Source of the DNA: Octopus sinensis
Taxonomy: Eukaryota
Direction of reading: 5' to 3'
Length of the DNA stretch: 64,000 nucleotides
Assembly: GCF_006345805.1 (NCBI RefSeq)
Contig: NC_043002.1
Coordinates: 100,936,001-101,000,000, forward strand
Below the pieces are notes generated by a model. It was not told where the DNA came from. It did not search any database and was given only the letters and a program-made list of their open reading frames with translations. Position 1 is the first letter of the stretch; the number at the start of each line of letters is the position of its first letter. Below are positions 12,475-25,417 of the stretch, in pieces. Made by a program: the position numbers and the translations under genes.

Positions 12475-13170
12475 TCAGGCCTTATCTATTGCCTTAGATG
12501 TAATCTCTGTAATAAACTCTACGTTGGTCAAACGGGCTGTCAGCTAGCCGATTGGTTCACCGAACATCTACGAGATGTTCGGCATCGCACAAGCGCCCTC
12601 GTCGCCCGTCATTTCTGCTTGGCCAACCACTCCCCTCCTTTTTCTCCGTCGGTTACGACGATGAGGGTTCCGGTTGATCCGAATCAACAGAGCAGCCTGC
12701 TCGTGAAATTAATGTGTAAGTGGCTGAGCACTCCACAGACACGTGTACCCTTAACGTAGTTCTCGGGGATATTCAGCGTGACACAGAGAGTGACAAGGCC
12801 GGCCCTTTGAAATACAGGTACAACAGAAACAGGAAGTAAGAGTGAGAGAAAGTTGTGGCGAAAGAGTACAGCAGGGATCACCACCATCCCCTGCCGGAGC
12901 CTCGTGGAGCTTTAGGTGTTTTCGCTCAATAAACACTCACAACGCCCGGTCTGGGAATCGAAACCGCGATCCTATGACCGCGAGTCCGCTGCCCTAACCA
13001 CTGGGCCATTGTGCCTCCACGGCCCACCACTCCACCTCTAATATCTCCGTCTTTCGCCTCGCCCTGCACCACGGATCCACACACTCCGACTGGCACAGCG
13101 TTACATTTTTCAGTCTACAAACACAAATTCCTTTCGGACACAACACAACCCCTCCTCTTCACGACTGTCT
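12475..13170 (+). mobile_element. PLE GIY-YIG endonuclease fragment interrupted by a SINE
   Basis: LIYCLRCNLCNKLYVGQTG..LADWFTEHLRDVR..VARHF, resuming after 13020 as HSTSNISVF..LQTQIPFG. Confidence 0.8.
12638..13020 (-). mobile_element. Full-length tRNA-derived SINE with target-site duplication
   Basis: A box tggcccagtgg and B box ggtttcgattcc on the minus strand; imperfect TSD ggccaaccactcccctc (12621-37) / ggcccaccactccacctc (13021-38); near-identical copy at 32487-32873. Confidence 0.9.
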
Positions 13171-13949
13171 CTGCAAACTCCTTTAAAAAAGCATTATTTT
13201 ATTTTATTTTATTTCATCTCATTTTATTGTCTTTTATACCCACTTATTTTTTTACATCGGTACCCATTTCTCGATTTTGTCTCGTTTTCTTTACGTCGCA
13301 TTGTTTAACTTTCTACTTGCATTATTTTTTTTAATTGTATTAATTCCCATTTTATCCCTATAATTTCTTCTTATTTTATTTTTTATTTTTTATCTTTTAT
13401 CTATTAATTTTTGCATTTTTTTACATCCTGCACCCTTTCTTCACTTTTCACCCCTTTATTGATTTCTTTTATTACATTTTATTTTATTTCATTTCTGTAT
13501 ACACGCACACACAACCAAAAATACACGCACCCACGCACACACATGAACGCAGATAAACCTCCCACTCACACCACACATATATACAGTACACATACATGCA
13601 CATGCATACACACACATGCATATACACACACATGCACACACGCACATAGACAGGGACACACGCGCATACAGACACACACACACACACACACACGCATGCA
13701 CACAGAAATGCACACATAACACAAACTCCACATAGCACAACCCCACGCACACTCATACATAAATACACACACACACATACATACACACACACGCACACAA
13801 ACATTGACGTGCACACGCATCAATGCACATATACCTCACATATACCGCCTACACACACCACAACACATAATATTGTATGTATCATTTCATGCAACCAACA
13901 TCTGTTGAGCAATAAAGAAAGAAATGAAAACATTCCATGCATAATGAAA

Positions 13950-14640
13950 ATGAGAGGAACTTCATCTTCAGAGTTCGAGAAGAATTACTGTGCAGGTATT
14001 CTGAAAATACGTCACACGCGAACCAACGGAGACTGGATTAACCTACACAAGCCTGGAGTGGGAGCAGGCATCATACCACCAAAATGCAATGCATGGGTAC
14101 ATATCCTTTAAGCTAAAGGATAACAAAAGTATAAGCAGTAAAAGCAGCCTCTCTTTCACCTGTGACAAATCCCACATAGAAAGATATGTTTTTATTAGCC
14201 AAGAACATGAGATTGCTACTAAATAGCTCATAACAAAAAGAGTGACAAAAATACCACCAAACCGCAATATTGTGACTGAAAATGTCGGCTCTGCTATACC
14301 AATGCAGCTGTCGCATATTATCTACGAGATACTACAAGAAGCAAGATATTATTCCTGAAGCAAGATATTATTCCTAAGATTATGTACTATGCTATAGGCA
14401 GGAATGATTACGCCGTCATATACATCAATGGCATACCAGAACTAGTAGGTATTTGCAACTGCATAAACATGAAATACTGGTATAAACACTGCAATAAAAA
14501 GAAAGAATATTGGTGAAAAAGTCAATTAAAATTTCGATTAGGTCCAACATAAGAGACAATCCAACGACATATTCACTGCAGTCACCGTGAAGAAGGAATT
14601 GTCGCTTATGATAAAAAGCGTAAAACATTTCTGTTGAGCA
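13950..14640 (+). mobile_element. Highly decayed R4/Dong-like RLE LINE C-terminal fragment
   Basis: Faint matches: INLHKPGVGAG (RLYLPRKEGGRG-like), KCRLC, GRND, YWYKH. Confidence 0.4.
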
Positions 14641-15290
14641 TTTATTCTAACGGACTCTTAACTGTGTGTCTAACTTGTAAGGTTTCCTCTGTAGGAGACA
14701 GCGAAGGGCGGTAACTGTGGCCAAATTATAGCGTTCTTTATCCTAGGACACTCAATGTCAGTAACTGAGTAGAGATTCTTTATGATAAAAGAGTGTAAAA
14801 CTCCTTCGCTGCTCAAAAACAAATACAAAAATAATGTTATTTCCTCTTCTTAATAATATTGTTATGTCTCCTTCACCTAATCAATAATGTTATTTCTTCT
14901 TCTTCAAACTAAGAAACTTCCCAATATTGTTGGTTGTAACTTTCTTCTACGGTGGATATTTTCTTATCCGTAAAAAGCATGTTTCTATGAGCACCGTCAG
15001 TGTACCGAGAAGAAGCTGTTTAGATCATGTCGTTCAGTGAAGGAGCTAACATGCCCTGTACATCGACGATAGGCACTCACCACTAGATCTTAAATAGATA
15101 AATAAATAAATAAGTAAATAAAGAGAAACTTTCTGCGTTTGAGCTATCTCCGTATAACTGTTCTGCGCTTTTAAGGCAGCGATTACAGCGTACCCTTTCA
15201 ATTGCTGTGATACCCTTGTGTCTGACATTATTTATTTGAAATGTAAGGTTTTAAAAAACTGAATGAGCAAGAAAATTAAAGCTCTTGAAC

Positions 15291-15302
15291 CACGTGACGT
15301 CA
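15291..15302 (+). promoter_or_regulatory. Overlapping E-box and CRE (CACGTGACGTCA)
   Basis: Perfect CACGTG (15291-96) and TGACGTCA (15295-302) about 200 bp upstream of a TATA box. Confidence 0.35.
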
Positions 15303-15497
15303 AAAACCCGACGTAGATGTATATATGTGCATATCTGTCTATCTATCGATCAATCACTCTACGATATTATCTTTTCTGTCGTGTGGATCGGGGCACCCTT
15401 TATTTATTCACTTTATTAACTTCAGGTGCAGAAGAAGAAACCGTTGTTTTCACTTCTCTACGAGCCATAAAATATCTTTAGTTCTCAGCAAGTATTT

Positions 15498-15504
15498 TAT
15501 AAAT
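15498..15504 (+). promoter_or_regulatory. Candidate TATA box (TATAAAT)
   Basis: About 26 nt before an Inr-like TTCAGGTT and an ATG-free segment ending in a GTAAGT donor; weak evidence in AT-rich DNA. Confidence 0.3.
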
Positions 15505-15523
15505 TGTCATTCTTATCCACTTC

Positions 15524-15656
15524 AGGTTTGGCACTGAGATATATTGTCAGCAGCTGTTTATTAGTATTGAAGATCTTACATTCAGTTATAGATACTCATT
15601 GTGTTCGCAGTCTTCATTCTTTTAAATTTCTTCACAGCTTTGTCCTTTTCGTATAC
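15524..15656 (+). other. Candidate non-coding exon 1 (5' UTR) of the Cys-rich secreted protein gene
   Basis: Non-repetitive, contains no ATG, ends at consensus donor AC|GTAAGT (15657); the ATG exon at 24842 has a splice acceptor, so an upstream exon is required. Confidence 0.4.
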
Positions 15657-15931
15657 GTAAGTGAACTTCTAAAATTATCTTATTTTTTAATGGAATTCGT
15701 ATGAAATATTTAAATGTTTGTTTTGCTTTATAACTCAGATATGATTTAAAAAATTGAATCTTTTCGTCAATGTGTTCATGTAGTACATAAATTTGGAAAC
15801 GTGTCTAATATAAAGTCATCTGAAAGTTTGTTGATTTTATTTTATTGGTAAAGAACAAAATATATGGTCTAAATCTAAAATAATTGTATTTTCTGTTTTT
15901 GGGTGTGAATATGTCCTATGTAATATCTATC

Positions 15932-16010
<79 letters not shown>

Positions 16011-16419
16011 TAAGCAAGAAGATATCAAGTAGTGATGCAGTACGACCGTTCCAAGCGCCTCCATTTAATTCAGCAATGTAATCATTATATTGTTTTGTCT
16101 AAGGCATGATACAACCATAGAATTAATTTTTTAACACAGAAAATATAACGCCTACTAATAATATAAATAATTAGAGGGAGAATACAGGCTTACTTGGTCG
16201 GGGAAACAGACCTACTATGAAAGCATCCGCCAAACCCATCAATTTAAATAATGAGATAAGTAACAATTACAAATTAGATACTAAAACCAGTAGGAATAAT
16301 AGTTTGTATAATAATTGTAGTGAGGCGGTTGAGCGGATTATGCCACCATCTAATGATTAGAAAAATTCTGATAGTATAGCCACACCTAATAATCAAGTCA
16401 CGAGTTTGGAAGGTGGTGA

Positions 16420-16660
16420 AAGAGTAAGTAGATTCGGCCTTTATATACGAAAGAGAACTGAAAGTAAGGATTTGGTCTGGTTTAATGTTCCATTCAATTG
16501 TACCATATCCACCAACATATATAAGGAATTTATGGAAATTTTGGAAAAAAAAACTTCCCTGTTTCCTATAGATATAATAGAATATTTTCCCGTAAGACAG
16601 TTAGAATATTGTATTCTATCCTCCTCAATATAGGTACCATCATAGCCAGGTTAAACAGAG
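16420..16660 (+). mobile_element. PLE fragment (WFNPP-type post-RT domain)
   Basis: RKRTESKDLVWFNVPFNCTISTNIYKEF followed in another frame by a HF..H..IF.R.TV..YS-like segment; ends at the (AAT)n run. Confidence 0.6.
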
Positions 16661-16662
16661 TT

Positions 16663-16687
16663 AATAATAATAATAATAATAATAATG

Positions 16688-16761
<74 letters not shown>
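16663..16761 (+). repeat. (AAT)n run flanking Dong A1
   Basis: Directly visible. Confidence 0.95.
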
Positions 16762-16763
<2 letters not shown>

Positions 16764-18541
16764 TATTCCAGGGAGACACTCTCTCTCCACTCCTTTTATG
16801 CTTGGCACTGTCACCTCTATCTGATATGCTAAATAGAACTGGATGCCGATATAAATGTTACGGCAAAACGATCAGCCACCTTTTATATATGGATGACCTA
16901 AAACTATACGCTGCAAATGACAAACAGCTGAAAACACTATTAAAGACAGTTCATGGATTTACCAAAGAAATAGAAATGAAATTTGGATTAGAAAAATGCG
17001 CCAAAGTAACCATGAAAAGAGGAAAACTAGTTAAGAGTAGCAACATCACACTAGATAAAACCAATGAAATAAAAGAATTAGACCAAAGCCAAACTTACAA
17101 ATACTCAGGAATACATGAACTAGATAAGAAACAACACACACAAATGAAAGAGAAAATAAAAAAAGAATATTATAGACGAGTTAGATCAATACTAAACACA
17201 GAGCTCAATGCTGAAAACAAGATAATAGGTATTAACACTATAGCTGTCCCAGTTATAAGTTACAGCTACAATATCCTTAACTGGACACTAAATGAACTGA
17301 CCAAAATAGATAGGAAAACAAGAAAAATACTGACAGGATCTAGGATGCATCACCCAAATTCTGACATAGAAAGACTATATATACAACGTATAGAAGGTGG
17401 AAGAGGCCTTATACAGCTGGAAAACTACTATAAAATAACCACCATATGACTGCAAAAATATCTACTTCAGAAGGAAGGAAAACTGATACAAATAGCGGCA
17501 AAACACGAGCAAAACAAAAAAACTGTTCTCAGTATTTAAGGAAGCTGACAAATACAAACAAGAAATCATACCACCTAATAAATATGAAGAAGAAGAAGAA
17601 GAAGATGAAGAAACAACAAAAGCTATAAAACAAATGAAATCCAAACTAAAAACAGAACAGCAACGAACCATGATAAAACGATGGCAAGAAAAGCCCCTTC
17701 ATGGTAAATACTGGACTAAACTAAACGCAAAAGAAATAGACAAAGAAAAATCCCAGCAATGGTTGAGAAGCTCAGGACTCAAAGCAGAGACAGAGGGATT
17801 TTTAATTGCAGCACAAGACCAAAGCCTCCCCACCAGAAATTACCAAAAACATGTAATGAAAAGAAATATAACAAGTAACTGCAGAATATGTGGAGATGCA
17901 CAAGAAACAATAAATCATATTATCTCTAGCTGCCCAGTTCTGGCTAAGAAGAAATATATTCACAGACATGACAGAGATGGAACCTACATACACTGGAAGC
18001 TATGCCAACATTATGGAATAATAACAGAAAAAAGATGGTATAGGCACACACCAGAAAAGGTCACAGAAAACGAGAAAGCAACTATACTCTGGGTTATGCC
18101 GATACACACAGATAGAGAAATTAAGGCCAACAGACCAGATATAGTTGTCAGAGATCATGAAGAAAAAAATGCTTTCTAATTGATGTATCAATACCGGCAG
18201 ATGACAACGTGTCTCTAAAAGAAATGGAGAAACTTTCAAAATACAAAGACCTGGAAATAGAGGTAACCAGAATGTGGAATCTAAAAACAGAAACAATTCC
18301 TATCATAGTAGGTGCATTAGGCGCGATAAAAAAATATCCAGACAAATACATTACAAAAACACCAGGACTTACAAACACATATAACATACAGAAAATTGCA
18401 CTACTAGGCACTGCACACATCCTACGCAGAACACTTTCCATACAATAACCATCAGAGCATCACAACAAATCACAGACATACCTAAGGCACACAGAGCTGC
18501 GCTCGGTAGTGAAGTGAAAGCACCCTATAAAAATAAAACTA

Positions 18542-18544
<3 letters not shown>
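16762..18544 (+). mobile_element. R4/Dong-clade non-LTR element A1, 5'-truncated
   Basis: IFQGDTLSPLL, HLLYMDDLKLYA, CRIC..ETINHIISSC, RHD, RPDIVV and K..KY (CCHC plus restriction-like endonuclease); ends ..aaactactg then (AAT)n. Confidence 0.93.
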
Positions 18545-18629
<85 letters not shown>

Positions 18630-20118
18630 GATAAAACCAATGAAATAAAAGAATTAGACCAAACCAAACTTACAAATACTTAGGAATCCATGAACTAGAT
18701 AAGACACAACACACACAAATGAAAGAGAAAAAAAAAAAAAGAATATTATACACGAGTTAGATCAATACTAAAAACAGAGCTCAATGTTAAAAACAAGATA
18801 ATAGGTATCAACACTTTAGCTGTCCCAGTTATAAGTTACAGCTACAATATCCTTAACTGGACACTAAATGAACTGACCAAATAGATAGGAAAACAAGAAA
18901 AATACTGACAGGATCTAGGATGCATCACCCAAAATCTGACATAGAAAGACTATATATACAACGTATAGAAGGTGGTAGAGGCCTTATACAGCTGGATAAC
19001 TACTATAAAATAACCACCATAGGACTGCAAAAATACCTACTTCAGAAGGAAGGAAAACTGATCCAGATAGCAGCAAAACACGAGCAAAACAAAAAACTGT
19101 TCTCAGTATTTAAGGAAGCTGATAAATATAAACAAGAAATCATACCACCTAATAAACACAAAGAAGGAGAAGAAGATGATGAAGAAACAACAAAAGCTAT
19201 AAAACAAATGAAATCCAAACTAAAAATAGAACAGCAACGAACCATGATAAAACGATGGCAAGAAAAGCCCCTTCATGGTAAATACTGGACTAAACTAAAC
19301 GCAAAAGAAATAGACAAAGAAAAATCCCAGCAATGGTTGAGAAGCTCAGGACTCAAAGCAGAAACAGAGGGATTTTTAATTGCAGCACAAGACCAAAACC
19401 TCCCCACCAGAAATTACCAAAAACATGTAATGAAAAGAAATATTACAAGTAACTGCAGAATATGTGGAGATGGACAAGAAACAATAAATCATATTATCTC
19501 TAGCTGCCCAGTCCTGGCTAAGAAGGAATATATTCACAGACATGACAGAGATGGAACCTACATACATTGGAAGCTATGCCAACATTATGGAATAACAACA
19601 GAAAAACGATGGTATAGGCACACACCAGAAAAGGTCACAGAAAACGAGAAAGCAACCATACTCTGGGATATGCCGATACACACAGATAGAGAAATTAAGG
19701 CCAACAGACCAGATATAGTTGTCAGAGATCATGAAGAAAAAAATGCTTTCTAATTGATGTATCAATACCGGCAGATGACAACGTGTCTCTAAAAGAAATG
19801 GAGAAACTCTCAAAATACAAAGACCTGGAAATAGAGATAACTAGAATGTGGAACCTGAAAACAGAAACAATTCCTATCATAGTAGGTGCATTAGGCATGA
19901 TAAAAAAATATTCAGACAAATACATAATAAAAACACCAGGACTTACAAACACATATAACATACAGAAAATTGCACTACTAGGCACTGCACACATCCTACG
20001 CAGAACACTTTCCATACAATAACCATCAGAGCATCACAACAAATCACAGCACATACCCAAGGCACACAGAGCTGCGCTCGGTAGTGTAGTGAAAGCACCT
20101 ATAAAAATAAAACTACTG
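18630..20118 (+). mobile_element. R4/Dong-clade element A2, same subfamily as A1, different 5' truncation
   Basis: Near-identical to about 17055-18544; bounded by (AAT)n at 18545-18629 and 20119-20202. Confidence 0.93.
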
Positions 20119-20140
20119 AATAATAATAATAATATTAATC

Positions 20141-20203
<63 letters not shown>

Positions 20204-21129
20204 GTGTTTTCAACACTAGTTTAAACCGCTAAAATGATAATAATATTAATGGAAGTGTGGGAATTAGAAAAAACAGTCCTAACATATATAATATGTACAA
20301 TATAGACGGTGACTTCGAAGTTTATACTAGCACAAGTATTTCTGACACAATGCATTTTGAAGGAAATATAATTAATAACAACAATAATAACACAGATTAT
20401 AGTAATAGTAATAGTAATAATAATTATAATAATAATAATAACAACAACGATAGGAATGATGATATGTGGTATGCTATATATAATACTACCCCATGATAGA
20501 CCCTGCCTATCACAGTATTTTTCTTTCTATGATGTTCTGCCCTTCTGTTCATATTACGTATATTTGCAGTGACTTCATGTACGTCACCTTTCGACTAAAT
20601 CATATACATCTTAGAGACTACAAAATCATACACTCAATAGCATCTGTAACATTACAACTTATATAATCTCTTCGGTCTGAATACCTTTAATTGCCCTCAC
20701 TACTTCAATGCCTATTACCCCCTATTTTCGGGTTACCTTTATCTCTTCTCTATCTCTAATCTTAATACTCTTTATATGTATGTTATATGGCTTTCTATTA
20801 TTTTCTATAAATTCTTATTTTGTTTTCATATTTTGAGATCCTTACTTATTAACCTCTTATCACCTATAAATTGTTATTTTTCTTGTTCTTAAATATATAT
20901 TTTTCAGTTACTTAAGTTCATGCAAGATGGTTATACTATATCCATATAAACGTATAGATATTTATGTACGTGTATATATGCATATATACACATATATAAA
21001 TATGTGCGAATATGTATGCATCTTCACTATTTTTCTGATTCATAGTTTAAAATTAATAGATAGCATGTATATTTGTCCAGTTATTCGATAGGTAAATGCC
21101 CTGAGCGGTCTTTATAGAAACCACCTAAT

Positions 21130-21500
21130 AAGAAATTAATTAAGTACATGAATGAATATTAAACTGATTCTACGTAATCTTTCCGTTCTAATGTTTAGAA
21201 TTCATATATACACACCCTTTACCAATTTCATTTATGATATCATTTTTGAAATTCTGAAATTTATTTTTATACAATATAACAATATTGTATATAACCAATC
21301 ATCCATAGTGTCCCAAAATATAATTTCCTCTGTATTAAGATCTTAATTTTCCTAGTGTCTTACCTCTTTAACTGGTAATTAACACCATAATTTAATGTCT
21401 ACCACTACCCTGCCTCTTTTCATAGACAGTTACTTATATTTAACTTGCAACTTCTAATGTCTTATTTCCTCCCTCCGGAAAAGGGATACATATGATAATA
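21130..21500 (-). mobile_element. Probable very old PLE endonuclease 3' remnant
   Basis: KIKILNTE..MKLVKGV..ILNIR resembles a PLE GIY-YIG C-terminus; weak. Confidence 0.3.
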
Positions 21501-22139
21501 TTTATGACCTTAACTAGCCATTAGCTGTCAGCGCACCGTTGCCCTTTATTCAAAATAGACACAGTTTCTAGTCTTAGATTTAGTAGATGATAAATACATA
21601 AATGACCCCACTTGACTACATGCTATTCTTAGAAGTGTACTTCATTCTTAGCTACAATTTCTTCCATCTTCTTCCTCTGTTAAAATATTTGAGAATAATT
21701 ATATGAATGTCTTACTATGTATTTGTGGAGTTGAATATGCCACTGCATTTAAATTAATGTAATGATTGCATTGTTCAAATAAATGGATCCATTTGAAACG
21801 GCCGTACTGATTCACTAATTGATATCCTGTTGCTTATTTTGATTTTATTCACTTTCGAGCTGTGTGCGGATAATACTGGACTAACTTGGTGATTCAACTT
21901 AAGTCAAGTATATATATATTATCAATAGTAATAAAGGGTGAAATTAATTAATTAATCAATAATTAATAATTCTACCAAGTAGTTCGGTATGTTAAAAGAA
22001 CCATTATTGGTAAACTTAAACAAAAAATTAATGATTATGAGTATAATTATAATTAGGGTTCAGCAAAAATAATTATACTCATAATTATAAAATATATATA
22101 TATATACTTTATTTTAAGCAGCAGGAAATTCAACAAAAT

Positions 22140-22177
22140 CTGTTACTCTGAGTTTCTCGTTGCCGTTCATCAGACAG
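22140..22177 (-). ncRNA. Minimal type I hammerhead motif H2
   Basis: Minus strand: ctgt CTGATGA acg gcaa cga GAAA ctcagag TA acag; stem I 4 bp, A-A mismatch at the base of stem II. Confidence 0.6.
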
Positions 22178-23364
22178 TTTTTGCTAGAATGGAACCGATA
22201 TATCAATTCAATCTAGACTCTTACAAACGCTACACCTTTAAAAAGAAATGGACTTGTTTGATTGGCCCTTTAGAAAAAAAACGGTCAATCTTCGAGCGAT
22301 AAACAAAAAGGTCAAAAAATATATGTATATATATATAAAAAATCTTATAAAAAATTTATAAAATCCGAGGAAAAAACCTTACATTGAATAAAATACATAT
22401 TGACGTTAATGAAGAAAGTATAAATTATTTCATAGAAATTAAACCTGTTATAAATATTACACTGCAATACATATTTTTATTAAAATGTGCATATATATAT
22501 CAACATACACAAAAGGATGCGCGCAAACGCCATACATATACAGACGTATGAATATAAATCTAAATATACACATAAATGCATGTGTACATATATTCACGCA
22601 AACCATCTCGCACGCAAGTTAAAAATGATCTATGTAGCGATTCTCATATATTGAGTAAGGGGGGAACGAAAGAAAGGAAGAGAGAGAAAAAGGAACGAAG
22701 AGGGGTGGGGAAAAAAACGAAATAAGAAAAAATTATGTATACAAGCTGTGTAACGGCATTATTGGCATATATGGAGACAAGTATAAACACAAGTTCGAAT
22801 GGATACATACACATAGTCGTGTATATGTGTGCTTAAGCACAAACATACTCTCACTTACACATACACAGATACGCATGCTTACAAATACATATCCTCGGCT
22901 ATACACATACTTACATCAACATTCTAATTTTGACAACATTGCTTTTTTAAAAAAAACATTGCTTTTTTTAAAAAGAATGGGTGCATTAATAAAAAATATA
23001 TACGAAAGACAAATAAAATAAAATATAACACCCTATTTTGGATCATTTATAAATAATCAAGGTAATATAAATAATCAAGGTAATCCTATACAATACAATA
23101 ACATGAAAACAAAGTTGAAGGTTTTTCCTGATGTATATGTAGAAACATAAGACTTTGCTATACGGATTAAGATCCGCATAGCTTGGAAACAAAATCCATC
23201 GTAGCGCTCATCGTTCAAGAGTCAAAATCAAAATTTCAAAAATCAAAAATACAAAATATATACTCTATCCATATGGTATATTTATATTCGACATTTTAAA
23301 TTTAGCCGCGTGCCTACATAAGTTCATTAGCTCATATATATATATATATATAAATTTAAATTTA

Positions 23365-23481
23365 AAATTATAAGGGTGAAAAATTGAATATCAATTTCAT
23401 TAAAACCAATTTAAAACCAGTGGTCTAGCATATTAAAATCTTAGGATTCAGAAAAATTATATTGCATCCATTATGCTAGAA

Positions 23482-23527
<46 letters not shown>

Positions 23528-24520
23528 GTATAAATATCAACACAAATATTTCTCCTTCCTCCTCCTTTTTTTACTCCTCTCTTCCCTTCTCCAAACTCAC
23601 AGACACCCATACACACACACACCTCCACAAAACAATCATAAAAATAATTCCTCTTCTCTTAGCCCCCAAAAGCATTTGACCATCCCTCATTAAACACACA
23701 CACACACACACACACACTCTCTCTCTCTCTCAATGATAAAAAGAAATATAATTTATGGTCTACCTCCCCACCACCACACACTCAATAACACTATAAAATG
23801 GTCAAAACTGAAATTCTTTTCCCCCAAGATCTTTGACCCCCTTGGAGTCAACATCCTGTCCAACAGAGCAAAAAAATTATTTTCTTCTTCTTCACCTCCC
23901 TTCCCCTGTTTCTTTAGCACTCGTTCCAAATACAAAAACACACACACACACGTACGCACACACACAAATACACACATGCTCTCTCTCTCACTTTCTCCTC
24001 ATCCATCACCATCTTGTACTGTCTTATATTCCTCCCCACCACTACAGACTCAATACCACTATAAAATGGTCAAAACTTTTCACACAGGAACTTAGTTTGA
24101 TTTGAAAACCCCACTAGAATGGGAGAAAGAGCTAATACATGATCTAAGTTATAGGATGTATAAAAAATGTAATATACAAATAAATATCTGTAAATATAAA
24201 CCATCCGATTAGTACCTCATTTCTTCGAATATAAAATACCTGTACATCATCTCCAAACCTTCCATTATATATATATAGGGTCTACCTCTAGCATAATGAA
24301 TGTCTATATATATATATATATATAAATATGAGAGGGAATCCACTATGTGGAAGCCCTTACGCTAAAATGAGAAACACATAAGTCTCAACCAGTAAGAATT
24401 GTATTTACATAAGTATTTATGTATTAATAATATTTTCTGAATCTCAGTTTTTATGCGCTAAACCACTGGTGTTAAATTGATGTTATTAAATTAATATCCA
24501 ATTTTTCACCCTCATTTTGA
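23365..24520. repeat. Inverted pair of an AT-rich repeat (23365-23482 / 24287-24298 plus 24427-24520)
   Basis: agggtgaaaaattg.atat..attt..aatttaa.accagtggt.tagc..gattcagaaaa present in both orientations. Confidence 0.7.
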
Positions 24521-24521
24521 C

Positions 24522-24556
<35 letters not shown>

Positions 24557-24847
24557 TGATTGATTGATTGATTCTAGTTTCAGCTTATGAGCTGTGGCCA
24601 TGCTGGGGCACCGCATATATATATATATATACATATATGCAGGTAAATGTATTCACACATGCATTAATACACACACACAAACACACACACACAAACACAC
24701 ACACACACACACACACATAAGAACGCAAATATATACGTATAGCATTCACGCATTCGCGTATCTAGATGATTTGTTCCGCTTTCCTTTGAAATAGTAAACA
24801 GTTACCAGTTTAATCACCTCAAATTCCATTTGTTCTTCCAGATCAAT

Positions 24848-24920
24848 ATGACACGACTATTTCCTTTCTGTTTGCTGATTTCGACTGCATTTAAAGTTGA
24901 TATGACATTAGCCGATCCCG
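24848..24920 (+). CDS. Coding exon 1 (exon 24842-24920) of a small secreted Cys-rich protein: MTRLFPFCLLISTAFKVDMTLADP
   Basis: Acceptor ccatttgttcttccAG (24840-41), A at -3 of the ATG, signal-peptide-like sequence, donor G|GTAAGT at 24921, phase 1 matching the next exon. Confidence 0.75.
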
Positions 24921-25417
24921 GTAAGTTTCCAATCATATATGAAAATGCATTTCTTGGGCACCAAATCGTTTCATCTATTCAATCGATCAGAGTTTTCGAG
25001 GCTTGATTGCCGATATTTGATTTCCATTGCTATGAATTGACTATATGAATGTATGTATCAATAAATACACAGACACACTCACACAGAAACACACACATAA
25101 GTAAGTAACGAAGGTGTACACGGGACACTTCATTACGGCCGTTTCAAGCGACTCCATTACTTGATTAAGGAAAATTATTGCTACTAATACCACCTTATTC
25201 AGCGACTTCAACTGCTTAAACTCCCAAGCTAATTTGTTATATCTGTCGACTTTTTTTTCTTCCTGATCGCATACCGTGTTGTCAGCTCGATCCAGCATCG
25301 TTTGTTTTCTATCTCAATTACCACTATGTCTCGTTTCCTTTTCTCTACCTCATGGACGCACTGAATCATAAAATCCCATAGGATCTTTGCATTATCATTT
25401 TGATTATTAGTATTATT

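Noticed and set aside
16685-16760. Poly-Ile N-terminus of the 254-aa ORF
   Set aside because: Read-through of the (AAT)n target run into a truncated Dong RT; not a real N-terminus.
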